From positions 32,001-96,000 of the forward strand of contig CAWDPO010000023.1 of NCBI GenBank assembly GCA_963804165.1: a stretch of DNA of 64,000 nt, written 5' to 3'. The notes under the pieces were generated by a model. That model did no database searches, was not told the DNA's origin, and saw only the letters and a program-made list of their open reading frames with translations. The position numbers were made by a program, and so were the translations under genes. This DNA is from an uncultured delta proteobacterium. GTDB taxonomy: Bacteria > Desulfobacterota > Binatia > UBA9968. Positions 21,659 to 30,642 of this stretch are shown here, one piece after another (the stretch's first letter is position 1; the number at the start of each line of letters is the position of its first letter).

Positions 21659-23746
21659 TTACAGCAGCCCCATCGCTCTCAAGATCGTCACCTGCGGCAG
21701 CACGGGGATAAATCCCGAGTTGCCGAAGCCTAGCGCTGGAGTGAAAAATCCACTTGTCGTTCCCACCACGAACCAGTTCCCCGTGCTGCTCTGATAAACT
21801 GCTGCGTCGGTCTTTCCATCACCGTCGTAGTCTCCTGCCACGGGGGTAAATCCAGCGCCGCCAAAATTTAAGACCTGGTGAAATCCAGAGGTCGAGCGTA
21901 GTGCAAACCAATTCCCGTTGCTGCTCCGGTATACCCCAGGGTCTACTTTTCCATCCCCGTCGTAGTCTCCCGGTACCGGAAGGAATCCGCTTCCACCAAA
22001 GTTCAGCGCCGGGGAAAAAAAGCCCTGTGTGGATCCCACGACAAACCAATTCCCAGTGCTCGTCTGATACACCGCTACATCGGTCTTGCCGTCGTCATCG
22101 TAGTCTCCAGGCACTGGAATAAATCCTGCTCCGCCGAAGTTTAACGCTGGAGTGAAAAACCCACTTGTCGTTCCCACCACGAACCAATTTCCCGTACTTT
22201 GTTGATACACCGCTACATCGGCTTCTCCATCTCCGTCATAGTCTCCCGGCACCGGAAGGAAACCTGCCCCGCCGAAGTTCAATGCCGGCGTGAAAAGCCC
22301 TGACGTCGATCCCACTACAAACCAATTCCCCGTGCTCTGTTGATACACGCCTACATCGGTCTCTCCATCTCCGTCATAATCCCCCGGCACCGGCAGATAT
22401 CCCGATCCGCCAAAATTCAACGCGGGTGTAAAAAGCCCGGACGCCGATCCCGCCACAAACCAATTGCCGTTGCTACTCTGGTACACCGCCGGATCTGTCG
22501 GAATGTCACCGTCAAAGTCCGCCGTGAGCTGGACGCGTGTGACGACGAAAATTCTCCCTTGGCCAAATGAAAGCACATAAAGCAAGCCATCGGGCCCAAC
22601 TTTGATGTCCGTGATCCCACCAAAACCAGTGCCAAAGATCACCTCTTGAAGCTCGGTTGCATTGTCGGCGACCAAATCCGCAAGGTCTGCATTGCTAAAA
22701 TCAAAACCGTTACGAGCCGCATTGACCCTAAATCGATATAGGTTTCCGTTATTGATGTCGCCGACAAAGACGTCGTTTCGGTAGTCGACGCCCAATTTTG
22801 CCGAACTCAGAAATGCGATTGCCGTCGGCCCAATCGTTTCTAGCCAGGAAAACTTTGGGTCAGCATAGTGATCGCTACCGCCAATCTGGAAGAGGTCGCC
22901 TACTCCTTGGGGATCACGGGAATCAGGCCCCATGATTTGTTCCCAGCCGCTATTGAAGCCCGGATTGACTAGATTGATTTCGTCATAACTGTTCGGACTA
23001 TTCTCCGTATCCCAGAGTTTTCCGGTGAGCGGATCGAAGCCCAAGCCGAAGCTATTTCGAATCCCGTATGCGTAGTATTTGGCCAGGTTCCCGCCCAGGG
23101 CGAAGAACGGGTTGTCGCTCGGAATACTGCCGTCAGCATTGACCCGTAAGATAACGCCGGTGTCATCGGGAGCACCCGTGGAAAAATTCTGGAGTTGGCC
23201 GTTGCGGTTCAAATCGCCGATCACAACGTAGAGTTTGCCATCGGGACCGAAAGTGATTGTGCCGCCATTGTGACTCGGCCCATCCGTTACCGGCAAGTCC
23301 AGTATCAACGTCGGACTGGTGAGCGCGGCACCGTTCCAGGTATAGCGATACACCCGGTTTGCCAGCGGCGAACCTGTCGTGTCGCCGCTGGTGCTGCTCT
23401 GAGTGTAGTAGAGGTAAACAAAGGCTGTAGCGGGAAAGTTCGGATGGAGCGCGATGCCCAACAGTCCTCGCTCGGAAGCCTTGTCCACGGCTACATCGAG
23501 CACCTGACCGGCTTGAAGCATGCCGTCGATGACCCTCCGGACGTGCCCATCGTTTTTTTGTAAAACCAGAATATCGCCGGGTCCGATGAAAGCCATGGCC
23601 GTCGGCTGGCTCAATCCGGTCACAACTTCCCTCACGGTTAAGGCAGAATCCGAAACGATCGGAGCTGCGCCGGCGGCAGACACGATCACGACAACGAGGA
23701 CGTTGGCTAAAAAATGCACGAACCGCTTAAATGTTCCGGTCAGCAT
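21659..23746 (-). CDS. PQQ-dependent sugar dehydrogenase (GSDH family) with six C-terminal FG-GAP-like repeats; array member 4
   Basis: GLSQPTAMAF, ERGLLGIALHP, HNGGTITFGPDGKLY, YAYGIRNSFG, DEIN...GFNSGW, and tail LPQVTILRAMGLL. Intact ORF. Confidence 0.9.
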   Translation of the reverse strand: MLTGTFKRFVHFLANVLVVVIVSAAGAAPIVSDSALTVREVVTGLSQPTAMAFIGPGDILVLQKNDGHVRRVIDGMLQAGQVLDVAVDKASERGLLGIALHPNFPATAFVYLYYTQSSTSGDTTGSPLANRVYRYTWNGAALTSPTLILDLPVTDGPSHNGGTITFGPDGKLYVVIGDLNRNGQLQNFSTGAPDDTGVILRVNADGSIPSDNPFFALGGNLAKYYAYGIRNSFGLGFDPLTGKLWDTENSPNSYDEINLVNPGFNSGWEQIMGPDSRDPQGVGDLFQIGGSDHYADPKFSWLETIGPTAIAFLSSAKLGVDYRNDVFVGDINNGNLYRFRVNAARNGFDFSNADLADLVADNATELQEVIFGTGFGGITDIKVGPDGLLYVLSFGQGRIFVVTRVQLTADFDGDIPTDPAVYQSSNGNWFVAGSASGLFTPALNFGGSGYLPVPGDYDGDGETDVGVYQQSTGNWFVVGSTSGLFTPALNFGGAGFLPVPGDYDGDGEADVAVYQQSTGNWFVVGTTSGFFTPALNFGGAGFIPVPGDYDDDGKTDVAVYQTSTGNWFVVGSTQGFFSPALNFGGSGFLPVPGDYDGDGKVDPGVYRSSNGNWFALRSTSGFHQVLNFGGAGFTPVAGDYDGDGKTDAAVYQSSTGNWFVVGTTSGFFTPALGFGNSGFIPVLPQVTILRAMGLL

Positions 23747-23892
23747 AGCTCACTGATCGCGGTTCGCACTGCGATAGATCTCACAACGCTAGCGGGTCTC
23801 TTGGACTTCGGATGGTGGGCAACGGTATCGTCATCTCGGGATACGTCTTCCTCCTCCTAAGCAAGGCGACTCTCATCCATACAACATCGACG

Positions 23893-25738
23893 TTACAGTA
23901 ATCCCAAGGCTCGTAAAATCGTGACTTGCGGCAGCACAGGAACAAACCCTGACCCGCCAAAGTTCAGCGCGGGGGAGAAAAGCCCCGCATTCGTTCCCAC
24001 CACAAACCAGTTGCCGGCGCTTTCCTGATACACCGCCCAGTCGGTCAACCGGTCGCCGTCGTAATCTCCAGGCACTGGAATATAGCCGCTCCCGCCAAAG
24101 CCCAATTGCTGGAAAAACCCTGACGTTGAGCCTACCGCAAACCAGTTCCCCGTGCTCTGTTGATACACTGCCGCATCCGTCTTTCCATCGCCGTCGTAGT
24201 CCCCGGGTACTGGAATGTATCCTGCGCCACCGAAGTTCAAAGCTGGAGTAAAAAAGCCCACGGTCGATCCCACCACAAACCAATTGCCAGTGCTACTTTG
24301 ATACACCGCGATATCCGTCTTTCCGTCCCCGTCATAGTCGCTCGGCACCGGAATGTAGCCGCTGCCGCCAAAGCTCAATACCTGGACAAACCCCAACGTA
24401 GACCTCACGATGAACCAGTTCCCCGTACTGCTTTGATACACTGCCGTGTCGGTCCTGCCGTCTCCGTCGTAGTCCCCGGGTACCGGAATGTACCCCGCTC
24501 CACCGAAGTTCAAAGCCGGAGTAAAAAAGCCCACGGTCGACCCCACCACAAACCAATTGCCAGTGCTACTTTGATATACCGCGACATCCGTCTTTCCGTC
24601 CCCGTCATAGTCGCCAGACACCGGAAGATATCCCGACCCGCCGAAGTTTATTGCCGGCGTGAAAAACCCCGATGTCGACCCCACCACAAACCAATTGCCG
24701 CTGCTAGTCTGGTACACAGCGACATCGGTCGCGCCATCCTCGTCGAAATCTGCAGCTGCAGGGCCAGGCGGCGCGAGCAACCACCCAAGGTCAGCAAATA
24801 GATCCAGCGTCAGCGCAAGGTCATGATTGGCCCCTGTATAAAATGGTTCCATTATCTCGTTGGGCGCCACGGCGGTATCAAAATGTGACACCGACGAGCC
24901 GGGTTGCTGCGGATTGGGTGCAAACATTTGCACGTGGCCGCTCGGATGAACTCCGGCGATCAAAGAACCGCTCGCGGCAACAACATTAGGCCCGGTCCAA
25001 TGAAGATTACCCGTGTTTTGGCTGGCGGTGACACGTTCCGCATCGGTCATCTGCGGATAAAGTTTACCGGTGCTGTGGTCTTCCAGATTACGCGAAAAAA
25101 TATCATCACGACCGAGATGAACTTTGCCCCGGATGTAGAGATCGACAAAAGATTGGAAGCCAAGCCCGTGGCCCAGCTCGTGCAAAACAACGCTCACGAA
25201 GTCCAACGCTCCCCCAGGCGGATTACCGTCAAGGCCATAGTACCAGACGAGTGGGAACGCACAGGTAGTGCCGATAGCGCTGTTGAATTCGGCGCCAATG
25301 TCACTAATACCAGGACTGAGGTCAGCACCGGCACGACTATTTGCCAGGGCCTGCGGATACCAAGTGTTCGCCAGAGGCGCGCCGGCGAAATCGCGATGGA
25401 CAGTTTTGGTACCGGCCGACCCAAGCGTGGCAGATGTGGAGGTGCAAGTTAAGGGATCAAAGTTGGCATCGACCCTAATTTCGACGGGACTCGACAAATA
25501 ATTTGCCCAAATATCTGCGGCGCGCTGAAAAGCGATAAGCCGCTGAGCGCCCAATGTGGTGCCGCCATTTCCGCCGGCAGCAGAGGCGGCATCCGGTGGG
25601 CTTGGATCATTGAATCCTTCATCCGGCTCCGTCGAGATTGACGACGGTGATGACGGCGCTGTGAGCAATGTCAGGATAAAAAATATGCGAGACAAGGAAG
25701 CCCAAGCTCGCAACGATGCAGAACACGATGTCTCGCAT
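23893..25738 (-). CDS. Secreted zincin metallopeptidase with six C-terminal FG-GAP-like repeats; array member 5 (one frameshift near 25625)
   Basis: The true start is likely ATG 25738 after TAGGAG (MRDIVFC...AHS-AVITVVNLDG). HELGHGLG zinc motif, GSSVSHFD, IMEP, and tail LPQVTILRALGLL. Confidence 0.85.
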
Positions 25739-25747
25739 GCGGCTCTC

Positions 25748-26170
25748 CTATTTGTTATCGTTTGCACCAGGCGCGGTAGACTTGTGCTCAAACCGCACCT
25801 TGCCATCGGCATCGATGGTGGCGCTCAAAGGCGTGCGGAATCTATCATCGAGTTCAATCATGACACCTCCACCGGGTACGGGGCTTAACGTTTCCTGAAG
25901 CGGTGGCGGATGCGGTTTGGCAGCCTCAGGAGGTGGCTGTTGAATTTGGCCAGGCGCCGGCGTTGACGGTGGAGTTATGATACGGCCGGTTTCGGGATCG
26001 ATGTGGACGATGATCCCCGGAGTTTTTTCTGAACGCTCGATCTGTTGGCCAGTCGCGCTTTGAGGGTCACTTATCTGCGGTTCCGAACTGACCTGTCCGA
26101 TGGAATGCGCGACACAACCATTTGTAAAAGTTGCGATCAGCACTCCGAGCCCAAGTTTATTGCGGATCAT
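25748..26170 (-). CDS. Small exported protein/lipoprotein, partner of the peptidase (post-PEP-CTERM-1-like)
   Basis: Lipobox-like TNG-C and IVHIDPETGRI...GGVMIELDDRF...ATIDADG. The family name is from recollection and unverified. Confidence 0.6.
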   Translation of the reverse strand: MIRNKLGLGVLIATFTNGCVAHSIGQVSSEPQISDPQSATGQQIERSEKTPGIIVHIDPETGRIITPPSTPAPGQIQQPPPEAAKPHPPPLQETLSPVPGGGVMIELDDRFRTPLSATIDADGKVRFEHKSTAPGANDNK

Positions 26171-26455
26171 ATCGTCACCTCATCGGAATATTGCGTCTAC
26201 TATTACAAAGTTGTTTACGAGCGCCGGACACGTATTGTAGCAAACCATGCCGAAAATTGCTTTCGCAAATTTAAAAAGCAGGCCTAGTAAACAGGCGGTC
26301 GTCTCTCCACGACCTAGTGGTCTGCCCGTCGGACTAACACCCGACAGTTCCTTCGGGTTTGGGCGCAAATCTGATTGCTCAGCTTATGAAGCTATGTTAG
26401 CGTTTTTTAAGACCACCGTTCATTTCATAGACGGCGTGCTACAGCAATCTCCAAT

Positions 26456-27022
26456 ATGTCACTCACGAAAAGCTGCCCTAGTCATTGCCCACCCCGGCCA
26501 TGAGTTGCGAGTTTATCATTGGCTGGAGCAAGACCGTCCTGTTGTTTTCGTTCTGACCGGCGGCTCAGGTAGATCCGAGCAATCACGGCTTGAATCCACA
26601 ACAAATTGCTAGAGCGAGTCGACGCGCGTCCCGGTCACGTTTTTGGCCGATTCAGCGATAGCGCTCTTTATCAGTCGATTCTCAGACAGGACATCGGCCT
26701 TTTCACCCAAATCATCGAGGATTTAGTCGAATCAGCCGCCGGAGGCCAAATCGATTTCCTCGCGGGAGACGCCATCGAAGGATATAACCCCGCCCACGAT
26801 ATTTGTCGTCTTGTGATTAACGCAGCGGTGGAAATACTCAGGCGCCGGCATAACTACTCTTTAGCGAATTTCGACTTTCTCCTCGTCGGCCCGCCGGACG
26901 CTTGTGCTTCGCATCTCCGGGATGGAGCCCACTGGCTACATCTGAATGACGAGGATTTCAAACGAAACCTCCGTGTTGCGCACGACGATAAGAGCCGCCG
27001 CCGGGCCGACGCGCCCCACTGA
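26456..27022 (+). CDS. Hypothetical protein, PIG-L/LmbE-like fold (frameshifted, possibly truncated)
   Basis: LVIAHPGHEL...VFVLT.G.G and EGYNPAHDICR resemble PIG-L HPDDE / HPDH motifs. Split over ORFs 26247-26612 and 26606-27022. Confidence 0.5.
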
Positions 27023-27041
27023 ACCAGATTGATCTCTTCCG

Positions 27042-27800
27042 CTATGCGTGACCGGATGCGAGCATCTTGTGGTAGTGGTTCATCGCTTCCTGAGCGCCTC
27101 CCAAAAAAGCTAATGAGCCGTGATCGAGCACGCAGGCGCGATTGCAAATTTTTATGACTGTCTCCGCGCTGTGCGACACGAAGATGATCGTCTTGCCCTG
27201 CCCTCGGAATGCTTCGATCTGCTTGGTGCACTTTCGCTGAAAAGCCTCATCGCCCACGGCCAACACTTCATCGATAAGAAAAATGTCGGGATTGAGATGG
27301 ACCGCCAGGGCAAAGCCGAGCCGCGCGTACATCCCTGAAGAATAGTTTTTGATTGGTGTATCCATAAAGTTTTCCAGTTCCGAAAACTCGACGATGGCGC
27401 CGTAAATGTCCTGAATGTCCTTGCGCCCGAGACCATGAATCGAGGCACCGAGATAAATGTTCTCCCTGCCGGTCAACTCAGGATGAAATCCGACGCCCAA
27501 TTCAATCATCGTGCCTACTCGTGCGCCGGCTGGGAATTGCACTTTTCCCTCGGTCGGCGGATAGATGCCCGCGATAATCTTGAGCAGCGTGCTTTTACCC
27601 GAGCCATTTCGCCCGATGAGACCAAAGGCTTCTCCCGGAACCACGTTGAAGCTCACGTTTCGTACGGCCCACAGTGTTTCCGTCTGCTCGCGATAACGCG
27701 GGTTGAAAAGGCCGATAAAGTCCGACTTTAACGAATTGGACTTGTTGTGCCGGAGCGTAAATGCTCGTGAAACGTTGGCGATCTGGAGCTCTCGTGACAC
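27042..27800 (-). CDS. wzt: Polysaccharide ABC transporter ATP-binding protein
   Basis: GRNGSGKST Walker A, YSSGMYARLGF signature, IDEVLAVGD. Probable GTG start at 27800. Confidence 0.92.
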   Translation of the reverse strand: MSRELQIANVSRAFTLRHNKSNSLKSDFIGLFNPRYREQTETLWAVRNVSFNVVPGEAFGLIGRNGSGKSTLLKIIAGIYPPTEGKVQFPAGARVGTMIELGVGFHPELTGRENIYLGASIHGLGRKDIQDIYGAIVEFSELENFMDTPIKNYSSGMYARLGFALAVHLNPDIFLIDEVLAVGDEAFQRKCTKQIEAFRGQGKTIIFVSHSAETVIKICNRACVLDHGSLAFLGGAQEAMNHYHKMLASGHA

Positions 27801-27804
27801 GGCG

Positions 27805-28572
27805 CTAAACCTCTTCTGCAAATCGCGGTTTGTAGGCAGCGAAAATTCGATAGCCCGCTGCCAGCGAAACAAAGGCAATGACGGCGATCACGACCAATCG
27901 GTCGGGAGATGGAAAGCTGTTGCGGTAAAGAGCGTCCTGGTACGCCAAAATAAAGTAGGTGAGCGGATTCATGTAGAGAACACTTCTCAACGCGACGGGC
28001 GCGATCTCGATGTCATAGACAATCGGCGTCAGCCAGAAGAGGAGCATTAGGAGAATCTCGGTGAAATGGCGAGTGTCGCGATAGAAAACGGTCGCGGTGG
28101 AAATGATGAAGCACAGGCCCAGGGTAAAGAGAATTTGCAGTGTCAAAATAGGAATAAAGTTGAGCCATGCCGGCCCGACGGGAGCGGCGAAGAAAAACAG
28201 CGCCATCGGAAAAAAAACGATCAAAGCCAACAAAAATTGGGCCAGATTGAACAAAACCGTGGCCAGGGGAAACACTTCCATCGGCAGCGCGACTTTGCGG
28301 ATCAATCCGCCATTGTCCAGAATCGAGCCGGTCGACATGATCAGCGACTGGGCAAAGAAATTCCACGGCAGGATTCCAATCATGATGAAATAGGCAAAAT
28401 TGGGCGGGCCGCTACGCAGCATGTGGCCAAAGACAAAACTGTATACAAGAATGAGCAACAGCGGATTCGCCAGCGACCAGACAAAACCCAGTACTGAATC
28501 CCGGTATTTCAGCTTCAGGTCTTTGATGACGAGATTTCTGATCAATTCACGATATCGCAATAAAGCGTGCAT
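27805..28572 (-). CDS. wzm: Polysaccharide ABC transporter permease
   Basis: KDLKLKYRDSVLGFVWSLANP, YRD, WLTPIVY and NPL motifs. Confidence 0.92.
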   Translation of the reverse strand: MHALLRYRELIRNLVIKDLKLKYRDSVLGFVWSLANPLLLILVYSFVFGHMLRSGPPNFAYFIMIGILPWNFFAQSLIMSTGSILDNGGLIRKVALPMEVFPLATVLFNLAQFLLALIVFFPMALFFFAAPVGPAWLNFIPILTLQILFTLGLCFIISTATVFYRDTRHFTEILLMLLFWLTPIVYDIEIAPVALRSVLYMNPLTYFILAYQDALYRNSFPSPDRLVVIAVIAFVSLAAGYRIFAAYKPRFAEEV

Positions 28573-28813
28573 AGGACCTACAGCTTGAGATCAGGGACGG
28601 CGACGGAAAACTAGTTTGCGATATGAAAATTTCGAGTCTATCGTCTGCGCTTTTGGACCGATAGTTGTCCTCGACCGCTAACTTTCATTCCACGCAATGG
28701 ACGGCGTGTATCCTTCCAACTTAGCATGGCCCGCCGCGGCTCGTCCATGTCGGGAAGACAAAAGTCTTTGACGAGGAAAGCCTAGAAACAAGTGGTCGTT
28801 TGCTGGCGCTCTC

Positions 28814-29368
28814 CTAGTCGGCTTGGGAAAAGCGCCGGAGGATCGCGGCCGCGGCAGATAAGTCTTGGACGACGAAATCAGCGGTAGTAGTCTCTTCAAA
28901 TTGCGCTCCGTAGCCGGTGCGCACCAGAAATGTCATGGCACTCGCCCTTCGACCCATATCGATGTCGCTATCTTTATCGCCGATGACGATGCTGTTCTCG
29001 GGCCGGAAGCCTAGTTCCGCCGCAGCCTGCTGCAAAAGAGCGAGCCGGGGTTTACGACAGGCGCAATGATCTTCGGGTCTGTGCGGACAAACATAGATAC
29101 CATCGAGACGAACACGTTCTTGTTCAAGCAACCGATGAAGACATTCGTGCACGCGGCACAATTGGCTTTGGTCAAAAAAGCCACGGCCGACTCCAGATTG
29201 GTTGGTAATCACGACTAGTCCAAACCCCAACTCTCTGAGCTCGCGCAAAGCGCGTGCGGCACCATCAATTAGCGTCACGTCCTCTGGCCGGGATAAATAT
29301 TCACGCTCCTCGATGATTGTCCCGTCCCGGTCGAGCACAATGAAGCGGCGTTCTTGACTTCGGCTCAT
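28814..29368 (-). CDS. gmhB: D-glycero-D-manno-heptose 1,7-bisphosphate phosphatase
   Basis: LDRDGT, TNQSG, CPH...CACRKP and IGDKDSD motifs. Confidence 0.9.
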   Translation of the reverse strand: MSRSQERRFIVLDRDGTIIEEREYLSRPEDVTLIDGAARALRELRELGFGLVVITNQSGVGRGFFDQSQLCRVHECLHRLLEQERVRLDGIYVCPHRPEDHCACRKPRLALLQQAAAELGFRPENSIVIGDKDSDIDMGRRASAMTFLVRTGYGAQFEETTTADFVVQDLSAAAAILRRFSQAD

Positions 29369-29702
29369 GATGAGCTGGTGCGATGCTCTATCCGGCAGTC
29401 GGCTATCTTGTCGGGATTTTCCTGACAGTGATATGGGTCCACCAAAACTTACAACAATTTCGCAGCACTAGCGAGAGCCGATGGCCCAACCTGACATCGT
29501 AAAAATCACTGCTACGCCATCGGATTGCCATCGTATGTTACGCCGTGATGAAATCGAGTCAAACGTTCGCGGCGAGCCCAAGAAATCTTTGACAATGGGG
29601 TATCTTTCAGCCAAAAAAACTAGTAGATTTTTCTTGTAGTCGCAGGAGCATGACTTAGCGCAGAGCGCCGGTCAAACGGAAACTCCGAGACTTTTATCCA
29701 GC

Positions 29703-30620
29703 GTGACCATGAGTTTCGATCGGTTCCACCTCTCGATCATCATCCCGACGAAGAATCGCGTTCAAATACTTGCGGAGCTTCTGGATAGTATCCGCCGGCT
29801 GGAGGAGATCGACAAACTTCGGCCGGAAGTCATCGTGGCCGATAACGGCTCGCAAGACCACACCGTTGCCTATGTCAACGCATTGGCACGAGACTTTCCA
29901 AACTCGATCAAGGCGCTAAGAGTGCGGCGACCCGGAAAATCCGCGGCAATCAATGAAGCCGCCAAAATCGCCCGCGGCAGCGTGTTCGCGTTTCTGGACG
30001 ACGATGTGGTTGTGGACAGAGGGTGGCTCGTGACGGTTCAACGGTTTTTTCAAACCGGCGATTGCCCGGTCGGCCAGGGCTTGATCCGGCTTCAGTCTCC
30101 CGCCGTGAACGATCCGGAGATTCTCCGGCTGGTGGAACGATACCGCACGATTCCGAAGCTGGAGCATGATCCGATCACTAAAACCCTATCGACGTTGAAT
30201 GGCGCGAATTTTTTTGTCCGCCGGGATGTCTTCGAGCGCGTTGGAGGATTGGACGAGCGCCTGGGTCCGGGCGCGGCGGGCACATCGGAAGACGTCGACT
30301 TCGCGCGCCGATTGACTCGCGCCGGTATCACCATCGGTTACGCGCCCCGGGCGGTTGTCTATCATCGCATCGATCGTAACCGACTGACGGACGAATACTT
30401 CAAGAAAAGCCACTGGCGCCAGGGGAGAAGCCGCCTGCTGATTCGAAATCGCAGCGCCGCCTCGATCTTCTTTGACCTCATGCGTGTGCGCGCGCAGTAC
30501 GTCTGTTACACTCTGGCGGGGAAGGAGCGCGACCGCTATCGCAGCAAGGGCCGCATCTATCATTATCTCGGCATGATGGAAGCCAAGCGAAGCGGCTCGC
30601 ACCCTCGGAAAGTACGTTAG
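29703..30620 (+). CDS. GT2 glycosyltransferase
   Basis: SIIIPTKNR, DNGSQD, FLDDD and SEDVDF motifs. Confidence 0.88.
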   Translation: MTMSFDRFHLSIIIPTKNRVQILAELLDSIRRLEEIDKLRPEVIVADNGSQDHTVAYVNALARDFPNSIKALRVRRPGKSAAINEAAKIARGSVFAFLDDDVVVDRGWLVTVQRFFQTGDCPVGQGLIRLQSPAVNDPEILRLVERYRTIPKLEHDPITKTLSTLNGANFFVRRDVFERVGGLDERLGPGAAGTSEDVDFARRLTRAGITIGYAPRAVVYHRIDRNRLTDEYFKKSHWRQGRSRLLIRNRSAASIFFDLMRVRAQYVCYTLAGKERDRYRSKGRIYHYLGMMEAKRSGSHPRKVR

Positions 30621-30642
30621 CTCGCCAAACCTCCCACGTCAT

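Noticed and set aside
14548-24750. Regularly spaced repeats as a CRISPR array or DGR template/variable repeats
   Set aside because: The repeats are coding, with a 135-138 bp period and mostly third-position variation. There are no cas or reverse transcriptase genes and no evident adenine-specific mismatch pattern.
29589-29620. TTGACA upstream of the plus-strand GT2 (and another at 12321)
   Set aside because: No convincing -10 element at 16-18 bp spacing.
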